Virus record (IMG/VR): IMGVR_UViG_3300027819_000012
Location: 1-63,769 of that record
Direction: 5' to 3' (one strand)
Source: a virus
Lineage: Duplodnaviria > Caudoviricetes
Length of the DNA: 63,769 bases
Position numbers and translations under genes: made by a program. Within the stretch, counting starts at the first letter, position 1; each line of letters begins with the position of its first letter. Below the pieces are notes generated by a model that saw only the letters and a list, made by a program, of their open reading frames with translations, had not been told where the DNA came from and ran no database searches. Shown here piece after piece: positions 1-10,963 of the stretch.

Positions 1-3000
1 AGACCCACATCTGCTGGCCGCCCGGGCCGGCGAACCATTGCTCCGTCGGCGTGCCGCCGGCGGTCTTCCCGCCGGAGCCGCCGCTTGGCTGGAGGGCAAG
101 ATAGCCCTTCAATGCGTCAGCGAGCGACTGCACCGACTGGTTGATCAGACCCAGTGTCGCGAGCTGCTGCTCCATCACGCCCAGCTGCTGGCCGGCGAGA
201 TCGGCCTGGGTCTGCGCGGCGTCCGCCGCCTTCCCGAGCACGTCCTGCACCCGCTGCCAGTCGGCGGCGAACGCCGCGCTGCTCGCGTTGTAGGCTTTCG
301 ACAACTGCAAGAACTGCGGCGCGAATGTGGCCAGCTCCGAGAGCGCGTGCTCGCGCTCGGTGGCATTGGTCGAGTCCAATGCCGTGGCCAATTCCTCGAA
401 ATGGGCCTTGGCCTGGGTATATTGCTCGAAGGGCGAAAGCGGCGAGAGATCGCCGATCAGCAGCGCGTCGCGCGTCTGGCGTAGCGACGCGGCGTACGCG
501 AGATGCTTGTCGCGCACGTCCCTGAGCGCGCCGCTCTCGCGCTCATAGGCTGCGATCACGCCCTGGCGCTGCTCGTCGATGCGCCGCGCCACCTCCTCGT
601 CGGCCGCGCGCCAGGCCTCGACGGTTTGCTGCGCGGCGGTGCGCGCGGCCTCGGCCTGCTGCTGCGCGGCGGTGCGCGCGGCCTCGGCTGCGGCTGCCGT
701 CGCGTCGGCCACCTGCGCGAACGCCGGCGCGAGCTGCATCAACTGCGCAAACGTCTTCTGCCCGGCCGCGGTGGTGAGATCGATCGATTCGACCAGGTGG
801 CGAAATTCGGCCTTGTTGGCCGGCAGCACCTGGTTGAGCATGCCGAACTGCACGGTCAGCGCCTGCACGTCGATCGCGTGCCGCTCGGCCTCGGAGAAAT
901 ACGCCTGATAGTAGCTCTGGACGCCCGATGTCAGGCTCTGCATCCCGCCCGCCGCGGCCACGAGCGCATCGCGGGTGGCGGCCGACGCGAGCCCCACAGC
1001 GCCGAACGCGGCCGCCGCATCCTTGCCGAGCAGCGCCGCGATCTTGTCCGTGAGGATGAACTCGTCGGTCAGCCGCACTGCCGTGTCGGCGAGGCTCTCG
1101 CCCTCCTTCTTCAACGCGATGATCTCTGGCGTGAGCACGGTGCCCATGCTCTCCGCAACATCGGTGATGAGCTGCTTTTGCTGGTCCGCGGTCTGAACCA
1201 CACGGTCAACGGCGAAGGACCAACCCTCCAGCGAATGCGGCACTTCGCCCGCTGCGGTCGAGAGCCTGGCGAACACGCTCGCGGTCCCGACCATCATCTG
1301 CGCGAATGCGTCGGATTGCGCCTGCGTGAGCGCCGTGTAATCGGTGCCGCTCCTGTCGCTGCGGAACCACCCTCCCTCCTGGGTCCACGGCGTCGCGTAC
1401 TGCCCACTGAGTCCCGTGGGGGAGAATGTCCCCTGCAGGCGCGTGTCCTGGCTCTTTTTTGGACCCATCCCGAAGGCCGCATCCGCGACACCGCCAAGCA
1501 CCCCCCCGACGAACGTGCCGATCGGGCCGAAGTACGATCCGACGATGGCGCCGATCGCCGCCAGAGACGTCCCATCCAGGCCGACCAGCTTCTTGTCCCC
1601 CGCGACCGCGCTGCCGACCGCGATCCCCGCCATGCCGGCGCCGATGTAGCTGCTGGCCACCTGTAGTCCCGCTCCGGTGCTCGTGAGGCTGCTGGCCTGT
1701 GCCGCCTGCGCGGCCGCGACCGCCTCCGAGGTCGACGCACCATTCAGGATCGCCTGCGCATAGGCCGCCTCGTAGACCGAGGCGCCTGCGGAGGCGTAGG
1801 CCGGCGCAGTCGAGAGGCCGAGGTATTGCCCGGCCGAGGAGGTCGCCATATTCAGGTAGGTTTGCGAGAGCCCTCCGGTGAACGCGCTGTAGGCGCCGGA
1901 GACGGTCTGGCCAGCCGAGAGCCAGCCGCCGACGCCCATCGGATTCGATCCGACACCCGCTGCGGTGGTCGCGGCGCTCGCCATGCCGCTCAGGCCGAGC
2001 ACGCCGCCCAAACTGGCGACGACCTGCAGGATGAACGGCCGCGCGAAGAACTGGTAGATCACGTCCGCGACGCCTGTCCGGAACGAATTGGCGAGCGCCT
2101 GCGTGAACGCTTTCCACTTGTTCTCGCCGCGCTCGAGCATGCTGCGGAAGCCGTCGTGGAAGATCCTGTCGACCTCCTGCATGCTCTTCTTCCACACCGC
2201 CGGCACCTCGTTCTCGACGCGCTGCAGCTCGCGATCGATGCCGATCGCCGTGCGCTTGCGCTGCGGGTCGTCGCCGGCGAGCGCTTGCAGTTCGCGCTGC
2301 ACGTCCTTCAGCGCCGGGAGCAGCCGCCGACGGATGTCCTGCTCGGCCTGGTCGGCGTTGATCGCCGCGGCCAGGCCGCCGTCGCGCTCGGCTGCGGCGC
2401 GCACGTTCTCGATCTGCGCGCGGAAATCCTCGAAGAGGGTGTCGAACTGCTGCTTCGCCTGGGCGAAGTCGGCGTCGGCCACGCCCGCGGCGAAGAGGTT
2501 CCGCAGCGCGTCGACCGTCGTCTGGTTGCCGTCGAGCAGCGCCCGCTTCATCTGTTCGGTGTACTTCGCTTGGAACTCGAGCACGAAGGCCTGCGTGAGC
2601 TGGCCGCGGCGCTTGAGGCCCTCCGCCTCGATTGCACTCAGGCGCAGCTCCCGCTGTGCGGCAATCGACTCGCTCTCCTCGGCTGAGCGCTCTTCCAGCA
2701 AACGGCGCCGATTGGCGATCTCCTGGAGATCGCCGAGCGCCGCCTGTTTCTCCGCAGCGTTCTTTGCCGACGCTAGGCGCCGCGTGGCCGCCGTCTCCGC
2801 AGCGTCCAGCGCTGCCTTTTCCAAGGCGAGCTTCTGATCGATGTACTGCTGGTCGCCCACGAGGGCCCGCTTGTACTGGGAATCCAGTATCGCGAGCTGT
2901 GCTTTCGCGTTATCCTCCGCGACCCGTTGCTCGGTCTTGATGCGCTCCAACGCCGCGGCGTGGGCGTCGCCGCCGAAGCGTTCGATGATGCCTTTTCTCG

Positions 3001-5164
3001 CCGTGAGATAGGCGCGCTCCACAGCGAGCTTCTTTTCGGCATCATCGCCCGCCAGGCGCAGCTCCTCGTCGTATTCGCGTGTGAGCAGCGCGAGCATCTC
3101 GGCGAGCTGCGGCTTGGGTGCGTACTCTGCGGCCAGTTGGGCCAGGCGGCCGCTGGATTGCCCTGGTTTCCCGCCAGGTCCGGCTGGAGCGCCTGCAGCT
3201 TGAGCCGTCAGTTTGATGAGGTCCTGCAGCAGCTTTTCTTTCTTCTTTAGCTCCGCGAATTCCTGTGAAATAAGCGAAAGGTTCTCTTCCGAGACGCCAC
3301 GATGGATATTCCTCAGGATCTGCAATTGCTCCTGGATATTGGCGAGCTGCGCGGCATATGCGCCCTTGTCTCCGGTGCCGAACTTGATCTGCAGGTTCAC
3401 CTTGCGCAGCCGATCTTCGAGATCCTCCACTGAGGGATTGAGATCGTCGATCGCCTGCTTGCCCTTGTCCCCGAACAACGCCCACGCTGTCGCGGCGACA
3501 CCGAGCAATGTGATGACGACGCCGATCGGCCCGCCCAACGCCGTAACCGTGCCGGCCAACAATGCCTGTGCGCCCGCCGCGGTGCGCGCCCACACCGACG
3601 TTGCCGCAAGCGCTTCCGCATGCGCGGCGGTGGCGGCAGCCGCTCGTGTCTCGGCCGCGGTCGCGGCGTTGACCGCGGCGGTGTGCGCCAGCGCGGCAGC
3701 GGTCACCTCGCGCTCGATCGCGGCGCGCTGCGGGCCATAAAGCGCGATTTCGGCGGCGAGCGTGCGCTGCGCCGTGGCTTCGCTCAGTATCGCGGCGGTC
3801 CTCACGACCTCCGCCCTGGTACTCTCCGCTGTGGCCGCGGCATCCTTCATCGTCGCCAGCGCTTTCTGCTCGGCCGCGACTTTGCCGCCCAGCATGACGG
3901 CGTTGCCTGTCATCACGCTGGCATAGAGCTGCGTGTTGGCTGCGGTGGCGGCGTAGGTCTGTGCGATGAGGGGCCCAAGCGAGGTTCCTATCCTCGCCGA
4001 TGCCCAGGCCGCCCCCAGCAGCAGGACGGCGTCCCGTTGCCGGTAAAGCGCCTTTGCCGCTTCCGCGGAGAAATTGGTCACATCGGCCAGCCCCTGCGCG
4101 AGACCATGGCCCCATTGCTGCACCTGCCCCGTCTTGATCAACTGATCCAGGTACTCATTGGCGCGCTTCAGTGCATCGGCCTGCCCGAACACTTTCTGCG
4201 TGAACGCCTCGAGGAAGCCGGCGCCCATCTTCAGGGCCAGGTCCTCGACGTAGCGCTCCATCGATTTGAGCTGCTTGCCGGCGGTGCCCATCGCCGCCTC
4301 GTAGACGGTGACGATGCGCGCACCGGCCTCCGCCACGGCGTTCGCGCGCGCCTGGTTTTTTTCGCCCTCGGTCAGCAGGGCCGCATTGATGCCGAGCTGG
4401 CGCGCGAGCTTGGCGTATGAGGCTTCGAAGTTGACATTGATCCCGATCGTGCGCAGCACGTCGGTCTGCGCAGACTGGATCCCGTAGATCAGCTTGGCGA
4501 ACGCCTCGGAGGAATTGATGTTGCCGATCACCGCGGCGTCCTGGGCGATGCGGGCGAGCTTGGTGGCCTGAGACAGGTCGATGTTGGCCTGCGCGAGGTT
4601 GATTACCGATTGGCGCGACTCCACCATGGTGATGCCCGTCGCCTGCACCGCTTTGGCCTGGGCCTCCATCTCCGCAGCGCTGTAGCCGGCATTGCGACCG
4701 ACCACACCCATGACCACGCCGAGGGTCTCGTATCTCGCGGCGAGCAGCGTTGCTTCTTTCGCGTTGCTGACGAGCGCGGAGGCCGAGCGGGAGAGAATGT
4801 CATAACCCGCCATCGCGCCCATGAACTGGACCCAGACGGCCGTGGCCTGGCGCCCGGCATCCTCGAGGCCTCTCTGCCGCTCGGCGAGGTGCTGCGTGGC
4901 GGAGGCGGCGCTATCGGCGCCTGCCTTGTAGCTCTTCCATTCCTCCGCAATTTTGCGGATCGCCAGCGTGTGCGCCTCGGCGTGCGTTTTCCCCTGTTCG
5001 TGGAATTCGCGCATCGCAGGGCCCATGCGCGATTGCACAAATTCCGTCCAGGACATCATCGCGCCCTGGGCCTTCGTTGCCTCCTCGCGCGTGAGCGCGA
5101 TCCCGCTGGAGGCGTCCTTCACGCCATCGGCGGTGATAACGATCCGGACGCGCTCTTCACTCAT
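1..5164 (-). CDS. Tail tape measure protein (C-terminus beyond window edge, >1700 aa)
   Basis: ATG at 5164 ([14 protein letters not shown]...[24 protein letters not shown]...); Ala-rich helical sequence; the same frame is open at position 2; follows the chaperones; missing from the ORF track because there is no stop in the window. Confidence 0.9.
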   Translation of the reverse strand, partial: MSEERVRIVITADGVKDASSGIALTREEATKAQGAMMSWTEFVQSRMGPAMREFHEQGKTHAEAHTLAIRKIAEEWKSYKAGADSAASATQHLAERQRGLEDAGRQATAVWVQFMGAMAGYDILSRSASALVSNAKEATLLAARYETLGVVMGVVGRNAGYSAAEMEAQAKAVQATGITMVESRQSVINLAQANIDLSQATKLARIAQDAAVIGNINSSEAFAKLIYGIQSAQTDVLRTIGINVNFEASYAKLARQLGINAALLTEGEKNQARANAVAEAGARIVTVYEAAMGTAGKQLKSMERYVEDLALKMGAGFLEAFTQKVFGQADALKRANEYLDQLIKTGQVQQWGHGLAQGLADVTNFSAEAAKALYRQRDAVLLLGAAWASARIGTSLGPLIAQTYAATAANTQLYASVMTGNAVMLGGKVAAEQKALATMKDAAATAESTRAEVVRTAAILSEATAQRTLAAEIALYGPQRAAIEREVTAAALAHTAAVNAATAAETRAAAATAAHAEALAATSVWARTAAGAQALLAGTVTALGGPIGVVITLLGVAATAWALFGDKGKQAIDDLNPSVEDLEDRLRKVNLQIKFGTGDKGAYAAQLANIQEQLQILRNIHRGVSEENLSLISQEFAELKKKEKLLQDLIKLTAQAAGAPAGPGGKPGQSSGRLAQLAAEYAPKPQLAEMLALLTREYDEELRLAGDDAEKKLAVERAYLTARKGIIERFGGDAHAAALERIKTEQRVAEDNAKAQLAILDSQYKRALVGDQQYIDQKLALEKAALDAAETAATRRLASAKNAAEKQAALGDLQEIANRRRLLEERSAEESESIAAQRELRLSAIEAEGLKRRGQLTQAFVLEFQAKYTEQMKRALLDGNQTTVDALRNLFAAGVADADFAQAKQQFDTLFEDFRAQIENVRAAAERDGGLAAAINADQAEQDIRRRLLPALKDVQRELQALAGDDPQRKRTAIGIDRELQRVENEVPAVWKKSMQEVDRIFHDGFRSMLERGENKWKAFTQALANSFRTGVADVIYQFFARPFILQVVASLGGVLGLSGMASAATTAAGVGSNPMGVGGWLSAGQTVSGAYSAFTGGLSQTYLNMATSSAGQYLGLSTAPAYASAGASVYEAAYAQAILNGASTSEAVAAAQAAQASSLTSTGAGLQVASSYIGAGMAGIAVGSAVAGDKKLVGLDGTSLAAIGAIVGSYFGPIGTFVGGVLGGVADAAFGMGPKKSQDTRLQGTFSPTGLSGQYATPWTQEGGWFRSDRSGTDYTALTQAQSDAFAQMMVGTASVFARLSTAAGEVPHSLEGWSFAVDRVVQTADQQKQLITDVAESMGTVLTPEIIALKKEGESLADTAVRLTDEFILTDKIAALLGKDAAAAFGAVGLASAATRDALVAAAGGMQSLTSGVQSYYQAYFSEAERHAIDVQALTVQFGMLNQVLPANKAEFRHLVESIDLTTAAGQKTFAQLMQLAPAFAQVADATAAAAEAARTAAQQQAEAARTAAQQTVEAWRAADEEVARRIDEQRQGVIAAYERESGALRDVRDKHLAYAASLRQTRDALLIGDLSPLSPFEQYTQAKAHFEELATALDSTNATEREHALSELATFAPQFLQLSKAYNASSAAFAADWQRVQDVLGKAADAAQTQADLAGQQLGVMEQQLATLGLINQSVQSLADALKGYLALQPSGGSGGKTAGGTPTEQWFAGPGGQQMWV

Positions 5165-5522
5165 CGCTGCCGGCGGCCTCGAGCGCCGCGAATTCCATGA
5201 CCTGCAACTGATCCCACAGCACCGCCCGGTCGATGCCGCGCAACGCGCTCATGCGGGCGCGCACCCCGGCATAGTCCAGGCCGAGCCGCCGGCGATTGCC
5301 CATCGGATCCATTTCCCATCGCCACTGCGTCTGCACCTTGCAGAAGAGCTTGAAGGCTTCCCAGTTCTCCGGCCATACCTCGAAGGTGTCGGGCGTCCGG
5401 TCTTCCCCGGCCCAGGCCGCGGCCTCGTCGCGGCTGACGCCGAACTCGACCAGGTCCTCGACCGCGCGGTCCTCGCCGAGGCCGCCCGCTATCCAGCAGC
5501 GAGCGGCCTCTTGGAGTTTTTT
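5157..5522 (-). CDS. Tail assembly chaperone, -1 frameshift extension (DUF1799-like, gpGT)
   Basis: Manual translation of the -1 frame after A AAA AAC: KLQEAARCW...[22 protein letters not shown]...GLDYAGV...[16 protein letters not shown]; no start codon of its own. Confidence 0.85.
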   Translation of the reverse strand, partial: KKLQEAARCWIAGGLGEDRAVEDLVEFGVSRDEAAAWAGEDRTPDTFEVWPENWEAFKLFCKVQTQWRWEMDPMGNRRRLGLDYAGVRARMSALRGIDRAVLWDQLQVMEFAALEAAGSDE

Positions 5523-6055
5523 TCCGCCGCCTTGCCGCCGATCGCATCCAGGAACGCCATCGCGATCGCCGGGCGCGCGCCGAGAACGTCGAGCAGCCTG
5601 CCGAGGTTCTCGGCGTCGAAATCGGCGTCCTTATCGCCCTTGTCGCCCTCGCCGCCGATGTCCTTCCAGCCCGTCATGTACCGGCGCACGATCGTCTCGT
5701 GCCAGTCGCGCAGCTCCTTGATGCGACGGTTTAGCAGATCCTGGGCGTTCGGTACCGCGTCGACGGCGCCGAGCAGCCGCTCAAACAGCTCATCCAGGCG
5801 GCTCTCGGCAAGCGCCGAGGACTCGGCCAGTTCGCGCGCGATCGCGTCGAACTCTTCGCGCAGCAGCCGGTCGCGCGCTTCCTTGCCGCCCGGATCGGCC
5901 CGGAACTCGCCCTGTTCTTCGAACAGCTCCCTGATCTCGCTGTCCGAGGGCCGCTTGAACTCGGCGCGGAATCTCACCTTCACCTGCTTGCCATCCTCCG
6001 GCGCGGTGAACTCGACCGGCCACAAGAACTTCGGCGATTGACTCAGTACGAACAT
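5489..6055 (-). CDS. Tail assembly chaperone (gpG-like)
   Basis: 188 aa between tail tube and tape measure; ends ...AEKNSK over the slippery site. Confidence 0.8.
   Translation of the reverse strand: MFVLSQSPKFLWPVEFTAPEDGKQVKVRFRAEFKRPSDSEIRELFEEQGEFRADPGGKEARDRLLREEFDAIARELAESSALAESRLDELFERLLGAVDAVPNAQDLLNRRIKELRDWHETIVRRYMTGWKDIGGEGDKGDKDADFDAENLGRLLDVLGARPAIAMAFLDAIGGKAAEKNSKRPLAAG
5516..5524 (-). promoter_or_regulatory. Programmed -1 frameshift slippery sequence G-AAAAAAA-C
   Basis: X XXY YYZ heptamer A AAA AAC in frame at the end of the chaperone gene; the -1 frame is open to 5157. Confidence 0.85.
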
Positions 6056-6079
6056 CGGTCCCCCTTGTCCAATCGGGCG

Positions 6080-7243
6080 CTATGCTGCGGTGAGCGCCCA
6101 TTCGTCATTGCCAGAGTCCGAGGGCACGAACAGCAGGCCCATCTTCTGGAAATAGATGCCGTCCTTTTTCACGTAGGCCGGCTCGGTGATCTGCACGCCC
6201 GCGCTGTCCAGGCCGATGATGTTTCCGGCGCTGAGCCCGTGCGTGATCGCGAGCGCGCCCTGGGTGCCGGCATCGACGATTGAGAAATAGTCCTTCTGCG
6301 CGATGGTCGGCGCTTCGATCTCGATCGAGCCGCTGCCGTTGCGGTCCACCAGTTGCACGTCCTCCGTGCCGCCGGCGAAGTTGCGGTATTTGACGTCGTT
6401 GCCCGAGCTCATGGAGAAGTCGCTCATCGCCGGGATCGCGTAGCCGTGCAGCGAGATCGGCGTGGTGTTGGTCTTGTTGACCGGCACCGGCTTCTTCCAG
6501 GGGCTCAGTGTCACGTTGGGCAGCGCACCGTCTGCCACCGCCACGTACAGGCCGATGAAGCTGAAATCGAGCGTCGGGAACTGCCGGTTCGGGAACTTCA
6601 GGTTCCAGCCGCCGCGGATCCCGAGGGACTTGTGGAGCACCCCGTCGTAGTTCACATAGCTCGTGACGGATTCCTCACCGGTCGAAATCGGCAGATAGGT
6701 GGTCTGCGCGCCGATCGAATAGATCGTGGTCAGGTCCGGCGGCGTCGTCCAGGGAGAGGCGACCGTGGCCACCTTGGTTGCACCGACATAGGAGGCGATC
6801 GAGCGTGTCTGGCCGCTGCCGGTGCCGCCCGTGGTCACGATCCGCATCCCTTTGTAGGCGTTGTCCACGGCAGAGGCGCCGGCCGCGAGCGTGATCGTGC
6901 TCGCGCCGCCCGCGGTCGCCGTCCCGTTGTGCGCCGCGACGAGCAAGGTTTCCGAGTTGCCGCAGGCGCGCATCGGGATGCCCCAGGCAGGTGCCACGCC
7001 GGCCGTCCCGGAGCCGGCCAGTTCGATCTCGAAGGTCATCTCGAACCAGCGGCACGCCGGGAATTTCTCCTGCGCGCCGAGGAACGGCCGCACGATGTCG
7101 CGTGGGATGAGCTCCTGTTTGAGCGGCTGGATCTCGAGGTTGCGCACCAGGATCGCATTGGCGGCGCCGGTCGGGGTGGGGTCCTGGGCATAGGTCCCCT
7201 CGATCTTCATCAGGACGGTGCTGCGGCGGACTTTGAGTGGCAT
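6080..7243 (-). CDS. Major tail tube protein with inserted Gly/Thr-rich beta domain
   Basis: 387 aa; KIEGTYAQDPTPTGAANAILVRNLEIQPL N-terminus typical of tube proteins; insertion GTATAGGASTITL...TTIYSIG. Confidence 0.8.
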   Translation of the reverse strand: MPLKVRRSTVLMKIEGTYAQDPTPTGAANAILVRNLEIQPLKQELIPRDIVRPFLGAQEKFPACRWFEMTFEIELAGSGTAGVAPAWGIPMRACGNSETLLVAAHNGTATAGGASTITLAAGASAVDNAYKGMRIVTTGGTGSGQTRSIASYVGATKVATVASPWTTPPDLTTIYSIGAQTTYLPISTGEESVTSYVNYDGVLHKSLGIRGGWNLKFPNRQFPTLDFSFIGLYVAVADGALPNVTLSPWKKPVPVNKTNTTPISLHGYAIPAMSDFSMSSGNDVKYRNFAGGTEDVQLVDRNGSGSIEIEAPTIAQKDYFSIVDAGTQGALAITHGLSAGNIIGLDSAGVQITEPAYVKKDGIYFQKMGLLFVPSDSGNDEWALTAA

Positions 7244-7245
7244 GG

Positions 7246-7500
7246 TCAGACTCCTTTACGTTTGCTGCTGATCTTGTCCGCGCCGGCCGCGCCATCGACC
7301 GCGGCTTCGGCCGGCGGCTCCGGGCGCTGCGCCGCCGGCTCGGTCTTTGCTGCCGGTGCATCGAGCAGCTTGCCGTCGCTGTCGCGCGGGCCTTTGTTGC
7401 CGTCCGGATGGTCTTTGGTCGGTGCCTCGACCTGCACCCGCTTGCCATCGCGGATCTCGTAGCGCCCGCCCACGCCATCGAACTCGTCACGTGTTTTCAT
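7246..7500 (-). CDS. Hypothetical small phage protein
   Basis: 84 aa, AGGAG RBS, tightly packed in operon. Confidence 0.7.
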   Translation of the reverse strand: MKTRDEFDGVGGRYEIRDGKRVQVEAPTKDHPDGNKGPRDSDGKLLDAPAAKTEPAAQRPEPPAEAAVDGAAGADKISSKRKGV

Positions 7501-7502
7501 GG

Positions 7503-7856
7503 TTACTCCTTGCGTTGCTGCGGTTGATCGATGCTGATGCGGATGCCCAGGCCCCGCTTCACCAACTGAAGCGCGAAGTCCAGCAGCGTGGCCCCGCCGA
7601 TGCCCGAGAGCAACGACATCCCGATGAGATAGGCCAGGTCGTCGTGGAACACGCGAAAGCCGATCAGGAAGATGATCAGGCCCACCAGACCGCTGTTGAG
7701 CACCGCGGCGGTCACCGCACGCCAGCCCAATTCCTTCCCCGAGCGCAGGTGCGCGGCCAACCCGGCGAGTGAAGCCCCGAAGAAGGCGAGGATCCCGAGC
7801 AGGAATGCCTCCTCGGACATGCGCAGCAGGGCCCGAACGATGGATTCATGCATCAT
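7503..7856 (-). CDS. Holin-like protein (3 TM, LydA-like)
   Basis: MMHESIVRALL... with three hydrophobic segments and a charged C-terminus, inside the lysis cassette; start re-called from the longer track ORF. Confidence 0.7.
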   Translation of the reverse strand: MMHESIVRALLRMSEEAFLLGILAFFGASLAGLAAHLRSGKELGWRAVTAAVLNSGLVGLIIFLIGFRVFHDDLAYLIGMSLLSGIGGATLLDFALQLVKRGLGIRISIDQPQQRKE

Positions 7857-8137
7857 TGACTCCTGGAAAGTTCGGTGCACCCGCGCAGCGCGGTCTCGAG
7901 CTGCAGCTCGTATGCGCGCCTGGCCTGGTGATCGGCCCAGAGCGCGGTGCCGATCGTCCAGAGGTCCTCTTGCCCGGAGAGCGTCTCGGCCGGGAATGTC
8001 GGCCGGGGCGGCACGTCCGCCTTGCAGGGCGGCTCGGCGACTGCCTGCTTGACCACCGCAGGGGCGCTGGGAGCGCTCGCGCAGGCGAGCAGGGGCAAGC
8101 ACACCAGTGCAAGGGCGATCGCGGCCCAGCGGCTCAT
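7853..8137 (-). CDS. o-spanin (Rz1-like lipoprotein)
   Basis: Signal peptide with lipobox LLAC, Pro-rich linker; downstream of i-spanin. Confidence 0.75.
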   Translation of the reverse strand: MSRWAAIALALVCLPLLACASAPSAPAVVKQAVAEPPCKADVPPRPTFPAETLSGQEDLWTIGTALWADHQARRAYELQLETALRGCTELSRSQ

Positions 8138-8502
8138 TTGCCCCCCCGCTCGCGGGCGATCTGCCCCTGCCAATAGCGCAGCAGCGATCCGCACAGGTCC
8201 TTGGGATCGTCCGGCCGCGCGCGCAGGCTGGATATCGCCTCGGCCTGGTAGGCTGCGACAGTGGGCGCGATCTGCGCCAATTGTGCGGCGAGTTGCCGCT
8301 GGCGCCGCTCGCCGGCCTTCGCCAAGCCGTCAACGCTCGCAGTGCACGCCGCGGCCGCGGCGCGGGTATCGCGCTCGAGCTGCTCGGTGCGCGCCTCGGC
8401 CGCGAGCGCCTTGTCGCGCTCGTGGAACAGCCAGGCGTTAGCCGCGAGGCTGCCGGCGAGCATCAGGGTGAGCACGGCTACGCCGGCCTGCATGGGGCTC
8501 AT
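8134..8502 (-). CDS. i-spanin (Rz-like)
   Basis: N-terminal TM then coiled coil; follows endolysin. Confidence 0.75.
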   Translation of the reverse strand: MSPMQAGVAVLTLMLAGSLAANAWLFHERDKALAAEARTEQLERDTRAAAAACTASVDGLAKAGERRQRQLAAQLAQIAPTVAAYQAEAISSLRARPDDPKDLCGSLLRYWQGQIARERGGK

Positions 8503-9128
8503 GACACCGCCCCCGCGCAATCGACGAGCGCGCCCCAGAGCGCATACTTCGGCTGCCGCTTGCCGATGATCCAGTGTGGGTACAGCCGCGAATACTCGAA
8601 GTTCTTGGCGCTCTGCCCCGCGTTGATGTGCTCGGTGAGCCCGAACCACCGGCCGGGCGCCTCCGAGCGCTTTTGCGCGCGCAGGATGAAGCCCAGGCCC
8701 GCGTTGTAGGCCTTCAGCCCCGCGCCCCAGCGATCGCACGGCGTGTCGCCGCCCGCGCGACGCAGGTTGTAGTCGTCGAGCCTCACCATCGCGCGCATCG
8801 CCCAGCGCGGGTTGTATGGGTCCGAGGGCCCCAGGTCCTGGAAGCGCTCGGAAGCCCACTTGGCGGTGGAGTCCATGAACTGCGCCAGGCCCCGGCCGTT
8901 GTCCCAGGCGGTGACACCAGGCCGCCAGCCGGACTCCTGCTCGATCTGGGCGGCGAGCACGGGAACGGGCGCGGCAAGCCCGAAGATGAACTTCGCCTCG
9001 CGCGTGAGATCGGCGCGGTACTTCAGCGCGGCCGCGGGGACCTGGCATCGTCCCGTCTGCGCGTAGAGCGCGCCGACGACGAAGCCCAGCGCGATGCCGA
9101 CGATCATCAATTTCTGACCTGCGGTCAT
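8499..9128 (-). CDS. Endolysin, SLT lytic transglycosylase with N-terminal signal/SAR segment
   Basis: AQIEQESGW, GLAQFM and AYNAG motifs; hydrophobic N-terminus. Confidence 0.9.
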   Translation of the reverse strand: MTAGQKLMIVGIALGFVVGALYAQTGRCQVPAAALKYRADLTREAKFIFGLAAPVPVLAAQIEQESGWRPGVTAWDNGRGLAQFMDSTAKWASERFQDLGPSDPYNPRWAMRAMVRLDDYNLRRAGGDTPCDRWGAGLKAYNAGLGFILRAQKRSEAPGRWFGLTEHINAGQSAKNFEYSRLYPHWIIGKRQPKYALWGALVDCAGAVS

Positions 9129-9385
9129 AGCCCCAGCGCCACCGCGAGCATCGCGGCTGCCATGATGATCGCCCGGCGCAGGTGCAGCAGCGCCTCCGAC
9201 CCGGCGTCCAGGCGCGCGAACCAGAACGCCCGCCGGTCGATCCAGTAGCCCACGAAGGCGGCCACGGTCACGTTGCCCAGTTTCCACAGCGCCGTCTGGA
9301 TCTGCGGCTGCGGGGTCCACAGGGCGATTGCGTACAGCAGCGCCGCGATCGCCAGCCATTGCGCCATGCGGAACTTGTCGCTCAT
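9125..9385 (-). CDS. Putative 2/3-TM holin
   Basis: 86 aa; KLGNVTVAAFVGYWIDR...LRRAIIMAAAMLAVALGL pattern; directly upstream of endolysin. Confidence 0.8.
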   Translation of the reverse strand: MSDKFRMAQWLAIAALLYAIALWTPQPQIQTALWKLGNVTVAAFVGYWIDRRAFWFARLDAGSEALLHLRRAIIMAAAMLAVALGL

Positions 9386-9801
9386 GACAGCATCATCTCC
9401 ATCTGAAAGGTCACCCAGCCGTACGGGTGCTCAAGCTGCTCGCTGCGGCGATAGCGCTCGAGCAGCAGCGAATCGATCCCGGAGGGCAGCACGGTGCGCG
9501 TGAAGGCCTTGATCTCATCGATCATGTCCGACTCCGCGTCCTCGAGCGCCGATGGCGCCGCGGACTCCTCGACCTGGATTTGGCCGACGATCACCGGGCG
9601 CAGGGTGCCGAAGTTGCTCTCGCGGCCGCGGTAGTTCGGAAAGCCGTCCTCGGGCCCGGCCAGGAGCGCGTAGACGCCCGCCTTCAGCTCCGCCTCGGGC
9701 CGGTCGCTGAAGTCGAGCAGGTCCCGCGTTACCGTGCGCGCCGGATAGGCCGCGGCGAGCGTGGTCTTGAGCAGGGCCATGACGCCTGAGATCTCGCTCA
9801 T
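9382..9801 (-). CDS. Putative tail terminator/completion protein
   Basis: 139 aa; position after neck gene. Confidence 0.55.
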   Translation of the reverse strand: MSEISGVMALLKTTLAAAYPARTVTRDLLDFSDRPEAELKAGVYALLAGPEDGFPNYRGRESNFGTLRPVIVGQIQVEESAAPSALEDAESDMIDEIKAFTRTVLPSGIDSLLLERYRRSEQLEHPYGWVTFQMEMMLS

Positions 9802-10322
9802 GCCCTACCGCCCTCCAGGCCCTCGCGCACGCCGCCGGCGAGCAGCTCCAGGATGCGCGGCCGCATATTTTCCGCGGTCGGCGCGGCGAACGGGTGCGGC
9901 TGCGTGCCGTGCGCGAAGATGAAGCGCGCCAGCGCCCAGGCGCGGTCGCGCACCTCGTTGCGCTGTTTCCACCGCGACGCGGAGCCAGGGCGCCCGGAGT
10001 AGGTCACGCCAGCGCGCAGCTTCACGTAGGGCTCGAGCGCCCTGGGGTCCGGGAAGTAGCGCGCCTTACCAGCGGCCGGCCCTGTGCCCTCGTCCACCAT
10101 GCGCGCGTGATTCACGGTGGGCGCGATCGAGCGCTCGAACTCACTATCGCGAAAGACCTGGATCGAGTTCAGCAGGTTGGAGAATGCCGTCGACCTGTTG
10201 GCGGCCACCGTGCGGCGCATCTCGCGCGCGGTCTCCTGCGCCGCGCGATCCAGAGCACGGCCCACCGAGAGCGCCAGCGCGCCCGGGTCCTTCGCCGGCG
10301 GCAGGGTGTGCTCGATCCTCAT
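9798..10322 (-). CDS. HK97 gp10-like neck/tail completion protein
   Basis: LLNSI...ARMVDEGTG...GTQPHPFAAP motifs. Confidence 0.7.
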   Translation of the reverse strand: MRIEHTLPPAKDPGALALSVGRALDRAAQETAREMRRTVAANRSTAFSNLLNSIQVFRDSEFERSIAPTVNHARMVDEGTGPAAGKARYFPDPRALEPYVKLRAGVTYSGRPGSASRWKQRNEVRDRAWALARFIFAHGTQPHPFAAPTAENMRPRILELLAGGVREGLEGGRA

Positions 10323-10960
10323 GCCGCCACCCCCACGGCGCCCTGGAATTCCTTCATCAGCAGCTCGAACAGGTACGAGGGCATGCCGTTTCGCGGCGTG
10401 CCGCTGTAGCCGTCGCGAAGTTGTACCGGCTTCTTCAATCCCCGGAAGGTGAGCTCGCGCATCGCCTCGGCCTGCGCGCGCAGCAGCAGCAGCGCCCGCT
10501 CCCCTGGGAGGATGGTGGTCTTGGCGGCGTCGGCGTCGATCACGTGGGCAGCGAAGAAGTAGTAACGGAACTCAGCGCCCAGCGCAGCGATCTGGGCAGC
10601 GCTCGGCGGCGGATCGAGGTAAAGCTTCTTCGTGCCGTCCGCCTTTTCGACGTAGCGCACATCCGGCAGACGCCCGGGCCAGGACTTCTCCCACGGCTGA
10701 GCGCGCGCCTTCGGCGCGATGCCCCACAGGCTCGACTTGAAGCCGAGGTAGCCGGTCGGCACCGCGTACTCGGCCTGGTCAGCAACCAGCGCAAGGCTGT
10801 CCACCAGGGTTCGCGCGCGGATGCGCCCGAAGGCGAGCGCAGCGACCGCGAGATGGCGCTTGAAGTCGGCGTCGCTCGCTGCGGCGAAGACGCTCGCCGC
10901 GTCATTGATCGAGGCCTTGAGGTCGGCGACCAGGTCGGCCTCGGACATCGTGCCGGCCAT
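10319..10960 (-). CDS. Putative head-tail adaptor
   Basis: 213 aa downstream of capsid; LVADQAEYAVP...LYLDPPP pattern. Confidence 0.6.
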   Translation of the reverse strand: MAGTMSEADLVADLKASINDAASVFAAASDADFKRHLAVAALAFGRIRARTLVDSLALVADQAEYAVPTGYLGFKSSLWGIAPKARAQPWEKSWPGRLPDVRYVEKADGTKKLYLDPPPSAAQIAALGAEFRYYFFAAHVIDADAAKTTILPGERALLLLRAQAEAMRELTFRGLKKPVQLRDGYSGTPRNGMPSYLFELLMKEFQGAVGVAA

Positions 10961-10963
10961 GCA

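Noticed and set aside
625-695. 33-bp duplication in the tape measure gene
   Set aside because: Ordinary 11-residue periodicity of tape measure proteins
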